42,469 nt of DNA, from assembly GCF_001194135.2 (NCBI RefSeq), contig NC_068987.1, forward strand, positions 88,109,227 through 88,151,695, read 5' to 3'. Within the stretch, counting starts at the first letter, position 1, and every line of letters starts with the position of its first letter. Source of the DNA: Octopus bimaculoides. Taxonomy: Eukaryota. A program made the position numbers and the translations under genes. Below the pieces are notes generated by a model. The model did no database searches. It was given only the letters and a program-made list of their open reading frames with translations, and was not told where the DNA came from. Shown here piece by piece: positions 11,677 to 24,400 of this stretch.

Positions 11677-12829
11677 ACCATCTCCAAACAACATATTTTT
11701 CTGAGACGATACTGTTCTGAAAGTTTTGTATGACCCCCTAAAACTATTTCATCTGAAAGAAATAGTAACTGAATCTTCCTCAAACCACACACAAAAAAGG
11801 AAAAAGATGGGATAGTCATTGCAAGATTGCTTTGGTTATATATCTGTTTGATCAGAGTAAACTAATGTTAAGCATCATCATCATCGTCATCGACAACATT
11901 GAAATCTTGTGCTTCAACTATACAAGTACAGCCATTTTATTTAAAAAAAATTTTTTTTTTTTAGATTCTTCATTAGGACAGAAATGGGCTGTTTTTAATT
12001 ATATGCAGATCACAGTTATTTCAGTATGTTTAATTATTTTACCAACTCTACACGGGCGGTTGACTCAATCTCATTAGAACACAAACTAGATTATGTCATA
12101 GAATAACTGCTTTATTCCTGACTTTCTGAAAATGGAATGGGCTTGGCAAGGCTACCCCCACCCACTCATCTGTTTATTTTGAAGAGTTTGGCGTTCTATT
12201 CATTGGGTTGAGACCAGTCTTTCCGCTAGAACTGATTTTATTGCTCCAAAGGCACAAACATGACTTCTTGGTTAAGAAGTTAGAATTGTAACTGTGTGTG
12301 CTTTGGGATGTGATCCTACAGTGTAACACCTTCAGCAAGTATCTTGTTTTCTAGTCTTGAATTGAGAAATGCCTTGTCAGTGAAACTTGGTAGACAAACT
12401 GTATGGAAGTCTTCTGCATGTCTGTACACACATGGTCAACATCATCATCTTTGTTGTAACATTTACTTGGGGTTCACTGAGGTAGAGTTTGTATGGCTGG
12501 ATGCCCTTCCTGTCACCAACCCTCACCTGTTTCCAAGTTTGGTAATGTTTCCCCATGACCAGACATATTTTCACAGAATATTAGAAATGGCACACCAGTG
12601 CTCTGTGGGGAGCAGCATGTCAAAGAATAGACCCAACTTTTCCTCTGCTTATTATAAAAAGGTAGCTAAAAGAGGTAAAGGTAAGGTTTGCATTCTGACC
12701 TCGTGAAACCCTCACCAGTAACGACTACTCAAACAAAACCCGTGGGTTGGAAGGTCGTTGCCTGAGTGGGAGCAGAGGTGTCATCCACATGGAGTAGTAA
12801 CAAATCACAAACAAATGGTGAATGCAGCA

Positions 12830-12936
12830 ACAAGCTATGCCATCCCCCCCACTCCATACTACTACTATTAGAAATGATTGGCTCTGCATGACAGTGACAC
12901 TCATTTACAACTGTCATGTGATTGTCAAGACAAGGA

Positions 12937-12980
<44 letters not shown>

Positions 12981-13290
12981 GAGCTGCATTCAGTTTCTTA
13001 TTTCTTTATTGCCCACAAGGGGCTAAACACAGAGGGGACAAACAAGGACAGACAAAGGGATTTAGTCGATTACATTGACCCCAGTGCGTAACTGGTACTT
13101 AATTTATTGACCCCGAAAGGATGAAAAGCAAAGTCGACCTCGGCGGAATTTGAACTCAGAACATAGCGGCAGACGAAATACTGCTTAGCATTTCGCCCGG
13201 CGTGCTAACATTTCTATCAGCTCCCCGCCTTCAGCTGCATTCAGTTTCTGTCTACCAAATACATTCACGAGGTTTTGGTCGGCCTCTCTC
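12830..13290 (-). mobile_element. Family B2 SINE (B head plus alternative body), host of an A1 copy
   Basis: B head reverse complement to the right of A1. The B2-type body TGACACTCATTTACAACTGTCATGTGA lies to the left. Confidence 0.7.
12999..13232 (-). mobile_element. Family A1 SINE with 17-bp TSD, nested in a family B SINE
   Basis: TSD AGCTGCATTCAGTTTCT at 12982-12998 and 13233-13249 (AGAAACTGAATGCAGCT on the element strand). Confidence 0.9.
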
Positions 13291-14036
13291 TAAGTGTCTT
13301 TCCATTGTCATGGCTAAGGATAGGGTAGCATTATTTAAGACCCTGTAAACAAAATGTTTTCCAAATGCAAAGCAGTGGTAAACACTACCTTAATTATAAA
13401 AAAAAGTAAGAGGGGACAATAGGAAAGGCATTCAACCATAAAATAGAGGCATTGATCAAGTATCAAATTTCCTAGTTTGTCTCCAGCAGGGATCATTGTT
13501 TTAAGTCAGGATGAAATGGTTAAGTAGATAACATATTGGACCACTTGCTTTCCTATGCATCGTACCCACTTCACTTCAGCTGTTGTGCTACCCTCTTAAC
13601 AGGACATGTCATCCAGTAACATAAACTGAGAAAAGAGCTCTTTGTAGGTTCCTACTTGTGACTGATCAGTGTACTACTACCACTTGGTGAAAATCCATCT
13701 CTGTTATTTTTTTTTTCAGCTTCTGGAACTGAGTATGAATTTTCTGGATCTATTTTTGTTCATGGCGACATTATTTATTGTCTAAAATAAATTTCAACTA
13801 AGTCATGATCTGGCTGGGAAATTATTGAACTTTAGGTGACAGTATTTGTAATCGAACACTTTCACAAAATTTATTGATTATTGAAGGAAAACTCTTTACC
13901 TTTGCATTCTCTGTGAGAATTCATTTCTTAACTTGAAATTAGCAGCTTGCATCCATTTCAAGGGAAAGTAACTAAAAGAGCAAAGCCAATTCTCAAAGAA
14001 AAGTCATGAAGAAGTATTCAGAGATTTGTTGCAGTA

Positions 14037-14078
<42 letters not shown>

Positions 14079-14084
14079 CTAAGA

Positions 14085-14460
14085 TCTGCTTTTCCATACT
14101 TGCAAGAGTCAGATGGAATTTGTTGAGGCAGATTTTCTACAACCTGGTGCCCTTCCTGTTATCAGCTTTCACCTGTTTCTAAGGAAGATAATATTTTTCA
14201 TGGAAGACTGGAAACAAGCAACCTCACTTGTATGATGATGATGATGATTGACAATCACCACATGATGCTTAGATAAGGTTGTACAAAAACACATACATAT
14301 ATGATTGGCTTCTTCCAGTTTCCCATCCAAATATGCTCACGAGGCCTTGGTTGAGCTGGAGTTATAGTAGGAAATACCTGCCCAAGGTGCTGTGCAGTGA
14401 AACTGAACCTAGACCCACATGACTGGGAAGCAGGCTCCTTAACCACACAGCCACATCTGA
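14085..14460 (-). mobile_element. Family B2 SINE
   Basis: B head joined to a …GGAAGGGCACC…AGAAAATCTGCCTCAACAAATTCC…AAGTATGGAAAAGC tail. Confidence 0.75.
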
Positions 14461-15652
14461 ATTTCACCATTTAACATCCGTTTTCCATGCTGGCATGGAT
14501 TTGACGGTTTGACAGGAGGCTCCAGTTTTGACATGGTTAGATGCCCTTCTTAACACCAATCGCCTTATAGAACGTACTGGGTGCTTTTCATGTGGCACCA
14601 ACACAAGTGCCTTTTACACCTGACAGGTCATCAAGTACCTTGCAAACCAAAAGCCTCTCAACCAAGTAGGAGGAATAGTATTGGGGGAGTGTGGCATTGT
14701 GCCAGTTGAGAGGTTTAAGGTATAGAGGGGAAGGGATTTTCTGTCTGTCTGTCTCTCTCAGCTACGGTCGTTCATAAACTCCATACATAGATTCTAAACA
14801 TGGATTTTATGTAGAAATAAGAAATAAAGTATCTGCTGTTTATAAGGAAACATTGAAGATACATGTTGTTATCTAACGAATATAACTAATTGAGAAAATG
14901 GAAGGAATTTAATACTGCCAGCGCTTTACAATTGCTCCATTCTTCCATTTAGCCATTCAGAGAAGTTTTTCTGAATTAGCTCTAAATATGAACAAAAATG
15001 TATCTTGAGAAAATTTTAAAATCATTATCATCACCATCATCATCATTGTTTTAACCTAGCTTTCTACATTTGCATGGCTTGGACAGAATTTGAAGCTGAT
15101 TTTTTTTTATAGCCAAATGCCCTTTCTGTCACCAACCCTTACCTCTGTCTGAGTAAGGTATTATTTCCCCATGACCAGACATGCTTTCCTGGAAGGCTGG
15201 AGATAAAGGACACTGCTTGCCTGACGGAAACATTTGTTTACAATTATTAAGACAAGGAGACGATAACGCATGCACACGCATGCACACACTCACACACACA
15301 CTTGTTTATGATGGCCTATGAAAAGTAATGACAACGTCAATCCAAGACAGTCCTCCTCTTCCAGCTCCAGCACATTGTTATGGGAGTGGACATAACTGAC
15401 AAGACCGATACAAGACAGGCAAATCTTGTGGCATTGAGCAGTTTCAGAGTGCTGTACTCCAGCATCACACAGGGACCTCCACACCTTCTAATTAACAGCC
15501 AGGGTCTCCAACCAATTGGGAGGGACACCACATAAAATGAGGGACTGCTTGAGATGAACATTAAAATGAAGTTTGTGATGTCCATGAGACTCACTTCCAG
15601 TTTTGATTTTGCTGGAGAGGACCATCTATCTATACACACGCACACACTATAT

Positions 15653-15912
15653 GGCATAGTGGTTAAGAGCATGGGCTACTAACCCCAAGATTCTGAGTTC
15701 GATTTCAGGCAGTGACCTGAATAATAATAATAACATTGAAAAATACCTTTGGAATGTGAACCCAGGTTCGAAATTTCCCCAAGACACCTGATGAAGGCTG
15801 GAGGGTATATCAGCTGAAACGTGTTAACAACAAACAAGATTGTTAACAACAAACAAATATCCACCAAATGTAAATAATGTACACAATTCTTCATCTCTTA
15901 AATATAGAACTG
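15653..15912 (+). mobile_element. Family D copy 1: tRNA-headed SINE-like element with hammerhead motif
   Basis: Pol III A box TGGCATAGTGG and B box GAGTTCGATTTC, then (AAT)n, the hammerhead-like segment at 15783-15825, and a tail ending CTCTTAAATATAGAACTG. Homologous to 37347-37607 and 37688-37942. Confidence 0.85.
15783..15825 (+). ncRNA. Hammerhead motif, probably inactive
   Basis: Same core, but reads GAAACGUGUU. A 3-nt deletion relative to the other copies removes the NUH triplet and part of stem I. Confidence 0.5.
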
Positions 15913-16724
15913 TGGTTGTATATAAATATATATATATATATCAATCATGTTTTCACTAATTGTTGTGGGTGCTCATGTCAATTGTGACCAGATATAGAGA
16001 TTGTTTTGAACGTCTCATCCTTGGTTCAACGGAATCCAACAACAGCTGGAAAAGAAGGGCAGGGCTACGCACCAACACTTGACTGGTACACATTTCCAAC
16101 TGATTAGACTGTAGCAACATGAAATGAAGTGCCTTGCTCAAGGGTACAATGCACTGCCTAGTCCAGTTGGTTCTACTACAGAGTGTCCCCTTTGTTCGCT
16201 GGAGGTCACATTGATTTCGTCATGTTCTCGCAACAGCTTGATGACATTCTTATATAAATTATCTTGTGATCTAACGAAATATTGATCAGCGACTTTCAGT
16301 TGCAAAATATCCAGAAACTTGCAACATCGACGACAAATTACAAATGTATTGATTTTTTTCTTCTTAATTTGCACATTAGTAAAATATTGTTAGAAATTTC
16401 AGAGAGATCTGTTTAGATTGGGCGTGATATTGTTTGTGCCTGTTTCTAAGCTGTAAAATATATTAAATTTCTTTATATATTAGTCTCAAATGAGTGATAT
16501 TTAGTCAAAGACCTTCATCTATTTATAGAATTTAAAGCACATGGTAGGATAACTGTACATTGTATTGAGGGAATGGTATTTTCCTCTTCTCAACAACCAA
16601 TTTTTTTTACTCAGTAAATGAATTGCAAGGCAAAAATGTATGAACTTGAATATTTCAAACAAAATAATTCTTTCACAGATGGAAGCAACCATCCAGTTCC
16701 TTGCCCTTTTTTTCCTTTCTCCAT

Positions 16725-17010
16725 GAAATCATCATCATTTAATGTCCGTTTTCCATTCCATGGCTGGAATGGTTTGACTGAAAACTGGTCAGCTGGGGAG
16801 CTGCACCAGGTTCCAATCTGATTTGGCATAGTTTCTACAGTTGGATGCCCTTCCTAACACCGGAGTGTAGTGGGTGTTTTTTTACATGCTGTTTACGAAA
16901 CACCGGCATCAGCCATGACTATGATTTCACTTGGCTTGACAGGTCTTCTCAAGCACAGTATACTGCCATAGATCTCCATCACTTGTCACTGCCTCCATGA
17001 AGATGCTGCG
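16725..17010 (-). mobile_element. C-type tail attached to an RTE ORF end
   Basis: Minus strand EAVTSDGDLWQYTVLEKTCQAK* at ~16930-17005 leads into the same tail as family C. Related tail-only or fragmentary copies lie at ~2378-2620, 8330-8540, 14465-14660, 26445-26630, 28160-28395 and 38870-39070. Confidence 0.6.
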
Positions 17011-17061
17011 CACTGGACTAAAACCAAAACTACACATGGCTGCAAAGTGAGCTTTTTAACC

Positions 17062-17940
17062 ATGCAGACATTATTATTATTATTATTATTATTATAAAGT
17101 TGGCAAGCTGGCTAAATTATTAGCACGCTAGGCAAAATGTTTTGCAGCATTTCATCTATCTTTGTATTCTCAGTTCAATTCCTGGCATGGTCATCTTCAC
17201 CTTTCATCCTTTTGAGGTTGATGTAATAAGTACCAGTTGAATGTTGAGGTCGATGTAATCAACTAGCCCCTTTCCCCCCAAATTCCAAGCCTTGTGCCTA
17301 TAGTAAAAAGAATTATTTATTATTATTATTATTATTTATTATTATTATTATTAAATGGTGAACTAGCAGAATCATTAAGCATGTTGTCTGTTTTTATCTT
17401 CTGGGTCCAAATTCTGCTGAGGTTGATTTTGCCTTTTATCCTTTAGGGGTCGATGAAATAGATACCAGTTGAACACTGGGGTTGATGTAATCAACTAGCT
17501 GTCATACCCACCTCCCCCAGAAAAAAATTTCAATATTATTATTATTATTATTATTATTAAGGCAGCAAGCTGGCAGAATCATTAACACACCAGACAAAAT
17601 GCTCACAAAATCAAAACAGTGTAATCAAATTACCCCATTCTTCAAACCTGCTGGCCTTGTACTAAAATTTGAAACCATTATTATTATTATTATTATCATT
17701 AAGGCAGCGAGCTGGTAGAATCGTTAGCCGCTGGGTGAAATACCTAGCGAAATACCTAGCGGTATTTCGTCTGTCTTTATGTTCTTAGTTCTAATTCCAC
17801 CAAGGTCAACTTTGCCTTTCATCCTTTTGGAGTTGATAAAATAAGTATCAGTTGTGTACTAGGGTTGATCTAATCAACCATCCCCTCCCCTAAATGTCAG
17901 GCCTTGTGCCTATAGTAGAATGGATGATTATTATTTTTAT
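17062..17940 (+). mobile_element. Head-to-tail array of about four family A2 SINEs separated by (ATT)n
   Basis: (A/G)GCTGG(C/T)(A/T)(G/A)AA heads at ~17100, 17357, 17565 and 17705, each preceded by ATT repeats. The third copy has an internal deletion. Confidence 0.8.
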
Positions 17941-19029
17941 TGTTATGTGTTAGCTCCTATTTCGTAGTTTTTTGCATTCTAATGTTCATTATGCTTTCTC
18001 TTGTTCTTTGAGTGATGCCTAAATATGGAACCAATATTTTATGGTTGGATGTTCCACTTTACGCTAACAGTATCAATGCAAATCTGAATGGAACTAATTT
18101 CCAACTAGGTCGTTGGTGCTGTACATACTGTGATTAGCCTAAAGACATGCTGCAATAATAATGCCATAATTTCACTCTGTAACTGTTCAGTGTGTATGTA
18201 TCATAACAACTTAACCATCACATTTCACTATTGTAATTTTGTGTTGATTGAAGAGCGCGTGTTTGTATGTTGCTTAAAAACAGCGGAAACAAATAAACAA
18301 AGAGCTTTTATTAGTCCATATAATAAAGTATTTTGTCTTGACAATTGAGGAACAATGGCTGTAGTAGTAAGGTGCTAATTGGCTAAGCACATTTGCTCAT
18401 GGGATCATACTTTAAAGTCTTGATACAATTATTGTGTTATGTTTCTGAACAACAGGAAAAAAGAAGGAAATTGCTTGCTTATGTCACAACATATTTCATG
18501 TCTACTTTATTGTTGAGTTGTTTGTGGGGAAGAGGTGAGGGAGAACATCCAAATGGTTGTTCCATCAGCATACTAAACAATGTCCATTTAACAAAGATAA
18601 GCTGTAGATCTGGAATATCTCTTGGTTTCTTTTTGGATGCAGCCTGTATTTCGTAATAACACTAATTCCATTGTCTTTCTCCTCACCAGCATTTCAAAGA
18701 GCAAATCCTAAATCTTCACAATACATATTCACAGCTAAGATAAGCTTAGGTAATCGTTAAGTTTCTTTTGTTCTTTTACTTGTTTGTCATTTGCCTGTGG
18801 CCATGCTGGAGTACTGTCTTAATGGTTAAGTTTCTTTACTAAAGTACACAACTTGGTGCTTGTGACTGCATAGAGGACATTGGTAAATTGATTAGCTTTA
18901 GCTTTAATAATTAGCCTACACGAGTGAACATCTGGGACAAAATTAGCTTGTGGGAGGGCCCAATTCTGAATATAGAACCCAGGATGTTTGGAGACATTTT
19001 ATTAAAAGGTGAAGTGCATCAGATAGGCA

Positions 19030-19422
19030 CAGACATGGTTGTGTGATGAGAAGTTTGCTTCCCAACTACATGGTTGCAGGTTCAGCCCTACTGCGTAGCA
19101 ACTTGGGGGTGGGGGGAAAATCTCTTTTAATGTAACCTTGAGCTGACCAAAGCCTTGTGAGTGGATTCATTAGATGGAAACTGAAAGAAGCCTGTTGTGT
19201 GTGTGTGTGTGTGTCTTTGTGCTTGTGTTACCCCACCCAACTTGACGACTGTTGTTGGTGTGTTTATGTCCCTGCAATGTAGCAGTTTGGCAAAAGTGAC
19301 TGATAGAATAAATGTCAGACTTAAAGAATGATATGTGGGTTGATATGTTTGACTAAAATTCTTCAAGGTGGTGCCCCAGCATGGCCATAGTTTAATGACT
19401 GAAACAAGTAAAGTATGAAAGG
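19030..19422 (+). mobile_element. Family B1 SINE, full length
   Basis: Head ACAGACATGGTTGTGTG through tail GACTGAAACAAGTAAAG. Confidence 0.85.
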
Positions 19423-19721
19423 TAACTGGTCTCATATGCCATCAAATATGGTTTCTCATCAGAAGCAATGGTTTGGACTTAACAATTTAATCAAATGATT
19501 TACAAATTTTGAATTAAATCTATTCTTGATAAAATGTTGATTTATGCATCTACTTAACGAGGCATTAAAGAGTCCTATTGAAAAGGGCATGATATATACT
19601 GAATGCAACGTTAGTTATGGAAATCAACAAACTGACATTTCCAGCTGTTGCATTCAATGAAGAAGTTTTGAAACAATAATGTCTCACTGCCCTTTCACCA
19701 AACACTTTAATCCTAAATTCA

Positions 19722-20069
19722 AATTCTTTTATTCTTTTACTTGCTTCACTCATTTAGACTGTGGCCATGCTGGAGCACCGCCTTTAGTCGAGTAAATCGA
19801 CCCCAGGACTTATTCTTTTGCTGAACCGCTAAGTTATGAGAACATAAACACATCAGCATTTGTTGTCAAGTGATGTTGGGGACACACACACACACATATA
19901 TACATACGACGGGCTTCTTTCAGTTTTCATCTACCAAATCCCCTCACAAGGCATTGGTTGGCCTGAGGCTATAGTAGAAGACACTTGCCCAAAGTGCCAT
20001 GCAGTGGAACTGAACCTGGAACCATGTGGTTGGTAAGGAACCTACTTACCACACAGCCACTCCTGCACC
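19722..20069 (-). mobile_element. Family B1 SINE, full length
   Basis: Reverse complement of B1, tail-to-tail with the 19030-19422 copy. Confidence 0.85.
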
Positions 20070-20309
20070 TAATCAATATCAACATCAATCAGCCAAGAGT
20101 TCAAAACTGTGGAATAAATTTTACACTCTCAGCCAAAATTGAGCTCTAACATTTCAAACTGATCCTTTTATCAAAGAGTGATGAAATATTGGTCTTGGTT
20201 GAATAATAGATTTTAAGCGTAGTTAAATGACCTGTATTTAACACCCACACGCATGGCTATGTTGCCCAATATTTGATCATACAGGGTCTGTTCAATTTGT
20301 GTTAGGATT

Positions 20310-20630
20310 TCATCATCATCATCATCATTGTTTAATGTCCATTTACCATGGGTTGGATGGTTTGACTGGGGTCTGGGAAGCCAGGAGGCTGCACCAGGCC
20401 CCAATCTGATCTGGTAGTGTTTCTACAGCTGGATGCCCTTCCTAATGCCAACCACTCCGGCAGTGTAGTGGGTGCTTTTTATGTGCCACCGGCACGGGTC
20501 AGAGGAGGCTGGCATCGACAATGATCGGATGGTGCTTTTTACGTGCTACCAGCACAGAAGCCAGTCAAGGCAGCACTGGTATCAACCATGTTCGGATGGT
20601 GCTTTTTACATGCTACCGGCACAGGGTCGC
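20310..20630 (-). mobile_element. Family C element, three anchors
   Basis: Anchors at 20481, 20541 and 20608. Confidence 0.8.
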
Positions 20631-22559
20631 AACTACAATTTCCATTTGATTTAATTTGGATGTTGCTGCTGATGTTGATTCTTGAAGTTCAATCAATACG
20701 AATCAAAATATTTTGTTTGGTACAATTATAAAAGATTTTTCAGTTTAGCATCTGTGTACAAAATAATAATTATATTCGACTCTTCTAGCTAATATAATCA
20801 AATTCAGTTGGAACCTGAGTGTTCACTGGTTATGGATTGAAATTAATCAGATATTGTACAAATATTATCATTCCTGTTGTTAACTGTCGTGGGTGTTGCC
20901 ACCCGTAACATGGAGGAGAGAAAGACAAACAAAAACAGGAGCCTGACCAGTTGCTATCTGTTTGTGCTGGTTGCCACCGAGACTTCAGAAGTTCTTGGAC
21001 CCTGCAATTTCCTCTGCAAAATCAGAATAACTGCTGCCTGCCTAAGAAACGAGCCCTGTGAGGTGGGGTGGCTGTTGCAGTGAGTATTGCTGATCATTCT
21101 CCATGGCAACACCATTGCAGTCATGTTTGTGAGGCGTGGCCAAACACTTCATTTTTTTTTTTTGAGGTGGACAACCCATTATTCCTTTCCCACCCCCATC
21201 TTCTACTGCTTAATCAACCCCTTTTTTCGTTGTTNNNNNNNNNNNNNNNNNNNNNNNNNNNNNNNNNNNNNNNNNNNNNNNNNNNNNNNNNNNNNNNNNN
21301 NNNNNNNNNNNNNNNNNNNNNNNNNNNNNNNNNNNNNNNNNNNNNNNNNNNNNNNNNNNNNNNNNNNNNNNNNNNNNNNNNNNNNNNNNNNNNNNNNNNN
21401 NNNNNNNNNNNNNNNNNNNNNNNNNNNNNNNNNNNNNNNNNNNNNNNNNNNNNNNNNNNNNNNNNNNNNNNNNNNNNNNNNNNNNNNNNNNNNNNNNNNN
21501 NNNNNNNNNNNNNNNNNNNNNNNNNNNNNNNNNNNNNNNNNNNNNNNNNNNNNNNNNNNNNNNNNNNNNNNNNNNNNNNNNNNNNNNNNNNNNNNNNNNN
21601 NNNNNNNNNNNNNNNNNNNNNNNNNNNNNNNNNNNNNNNNNNNNNNNNNNNNNNNNNNNNNNNNNNNNNNNNNNNNNNNNNNNNNNNNNNNNNNNNNNNN
21701 NNNNNNNNNNNNNNNNNNNNNNNNNNNNNNNNNNNNNNNNNNNNNNNNNNNNNNNNNNNNNNNNNNNNNNNNNNNNNNNNNNNNNNNNNNNNNNNNNNNN
21801 NNNNNNNNNNNNTTTCGTAGCACGACTTATGATTAAAGGAGATGGATTAGTCAGAGTAGTTTCATAGAAAATTCCAAGATTTTTCTACCAATATGAGGAT
21901 AGTTTAAAATGTCATCCTTATCATCATCATCATCATCATCATAATCAGTGGAGGTCTGGCTCTGTGATAAGAAGCTTCCTTGCCAACCGCATAATTCTGG
22001 GTTCAGTTCCACTGTGTGGCACCTTGGGAAAGTGTCTTCTACTATAGCCTTGGGCCAGTCAAAGCCTTGTGAGTGAATTTGTTAGATGGAAACTGAAAGA
22101 AGCTTATTGTCTGTGTGAATACACACACACACACACAATCACACACATACACAATATCTCCAATATTTTTTCTAGCGAAATGAGGATAGAATCTTTTAAA
22201 TGTCATCACCAGTTGAATGTAAAATATTTTCATAGCAGCATCACTTTTCCAGGTAACATTTAAATACATTTTGTTTTCTCTTTTTCTCAATTTTAAAGGC
22301 TCTGAACACTTGGTGAGATTCTTGAAAGATATTTCAAGTTGAATTAGTGATTTGATAGAATATATTTCCACCATGTCAAATTGAAAGGATATACTTTAAA
22401 CCTGGTGAGCTATTAACTCTCAGGTAGCACATTACTTTCGAGCGTCTTGTTGGTTTGCAAAATTAAAACTGAATGTTGGGAGTTTATATTCTAAACTGCA
22501 AAGTATTCTATAATCCAAAATAAATAGGCTTTAAGCCATTTCTAGGTTTCTTTTTGTCT

Positions 22560-23455
22560 GGTTCTTTTAATTGGTCTGCAGCCATGTTGGGCCACCACTT
22601 TGAAGGGATTTACTTGAAAAAGATTGGCTTCAGTAATTGTTAAGTCTAGTACTTATTCTGTCAATTTTTTCTGCTGAACCACTAAGTTATAGGGTCGTAA
22701 ACAAGCCAACACCAGTTGCCAAGTGTTGGTATGTGGGCAAACACAAAATACNNNNNNNNNNNNNNNNNNNNNNNNNNNNNNNNNNNNNNNNNNNNNNNNN
22801 NNNNNNNNNNNNNNNNNNNNNNNNNNNNNNNNNNNNNNNNNNNNNNNNNNNNNNNNNNNNNNNNNNNNNNNNNNNNNNNNNNNNNNNNNNNNNNNNNNNN
22901 NNNNNNNNNNNNNNNNNNNNNNNNNNNNNNNNNNNNNNNNNNNNNNNNNNNNNNNNNNNNNNNNNNNNNNNNNNNNNNNNNNNNNNNNNNNNNNNNNNNN
23001 NNNNNNNNNNNNNNNNNNNNNNNNNNNNNNNNNNNNNNNNNNNNNNNNNNNNNNNNNNNNNNNNNNNNNNNNNNNNNNNNNNNNNNNNNNNNNNNNNNNN
23101 NNNNNNNNNNNNNNNNNNNNNNNNNNNNNNNNNNNNNNNNNNNNNNNNNNNNNNNNNNNNNNNNNNNNNNNNNNNNNNNNNNNNNNNNNNNNNNNNNNNN
23201 NNNNNNNNNNNNNNNNNNNNNNNNNNNNNNNNNNNNNNNNNNNNNNNNNNNNNNNNNNNNNNNNNNNNNNNNNNNNNNNNNNNNNNNNNNNNNNNNNNNN
23301 NNNNNNNNNNNNNNNNNNNNNNNNNNNNNNNNNNNNNNNGACCTTGGCGGAATTCGAACTCAGAACGTAAAGACAGGAGAAATACTGTTAAGCATTTTTC
23401 CTGGCGTACTAACCATTCTGCCAGCTCTCCGCCTTTATCTCATTCTGTCGCATGC

Positions 23456-23497
<42 letters not shown>

Positions 23498-23660
23498 GAT
23501 GATGGGATTCCACACAGTTTTCATCTACCAAATTCACTCACAAAGCATTGGCTAGCCCAATGCTATAGTAGCAGGCACTTATCCCAAAGTGCTGTGCTGT
23601 GGGATTGAACCGAAAACCATATAGCTGCAAAGCAAGGCTAGTAACCAGACAGCCATGCCT
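22560..23660 (-). mobile_element. Family B1 SINE spanning a gap
   Basis: B1 tail before the gap and B head after it. Confidence 0.65.
23340..23435 (-). mobile_element. Family A head next to a gap, inside a family B SINE
   Basis: ACCTTGGCGGAATTCGAACTCAGAACG...TTCTGCCAGCTCTCCGCC is the reverse complement of the A head. Confidence 0.7.
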
Positions 23661-24347
23661 AAAAAATATCAATATTTAAAAAGGATTTTTTTCCCCCACA
23701 TCAGCTGGTGGTGGTGATGGGGGATTTTTTCTTTGTTCATCTAAGGAGATTTTTGTTTCTTGTCAGATGGTGCTAAATTTCTGAATACCTCAAGGAGGTA
23801 GTAATTAAGAAATTAACATAAAAAGCTTTGCAAAATAATTTGTGTATAGCCTACAGCGACACACAAAGACTTTTAAGTTGTATTTTCTAATGTTGAAATA
23901 ATTATAAAATATATAGACTTAATGCTGGTTACTCTGGCTACTTCCTTCCTCTTCTGACTCCTGCATATCTTTTGTGTCTGTGTCTGCATTCAGTTTAAAA
24001 GACAGAAGTTTGGTCTGTGTACATCCTCAAAATCAATCTTCAAAAAAGAATATGTGCATGCATATATATATATATATATATATCTATATGTATGTGTGTG
24101 TGTGTGTGNNNNNNNNNNNNNNNNNNNNNNNNNNNNNNNNNNNNNNNNNNNNNNNNNNNNNNNNNNNNNNNNNNNNNNNNNNNNNNNNNNNNNNNNNNNN
24201 NNNNNNNNNNNNNNNNNNNNNNNNNNNNNNNNNNNNNNNNNNNNNNNNNNNNNNNNNNNNNNNNNNNNNNNNNNNNNNNNNNNNNNNNNNNNNNNNNNNN
24301 NNNNNNNNNNNNNNNNNNNNNNNNNNNNNNNNNNNNNNNNNNNNNNN

Positions 24348-24400
<53 letters not shown>

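Noticed and set aside
12615-12690. MSKNRPNFSSAYYKKVAKRGK followed by a gtaagg donor
   Set aside because: Not alpha-adaptin sequence, has no clear acceptor, and lies among repeat fragments.
13720-13732. 13-nt microexon candidate after a strong polypyrimidine acceptor
   Set aside because: Frame-shifting, no AP2A similarity and only a moderate donor.
15300-15640. GC-richer unique segment with open frames on both strands
   Set aside because: No recognisable domain or splice architecture. It may be an old TE fragment, but I cannot support a call.
15653-15720. tRNA-like heads here and at 31927, 37540-37607 and 37710 as real tRNA genes
   Set aside because: The acceptor stems do not close and each continues into a repeated SINE body.
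16177-16380. TA-CAGAGTGTCCC resembling a Tc1 TIR start, plus a 78-aa minus-strand ORF
   Set aside because: No matching inverted end found and no transposase motifs.
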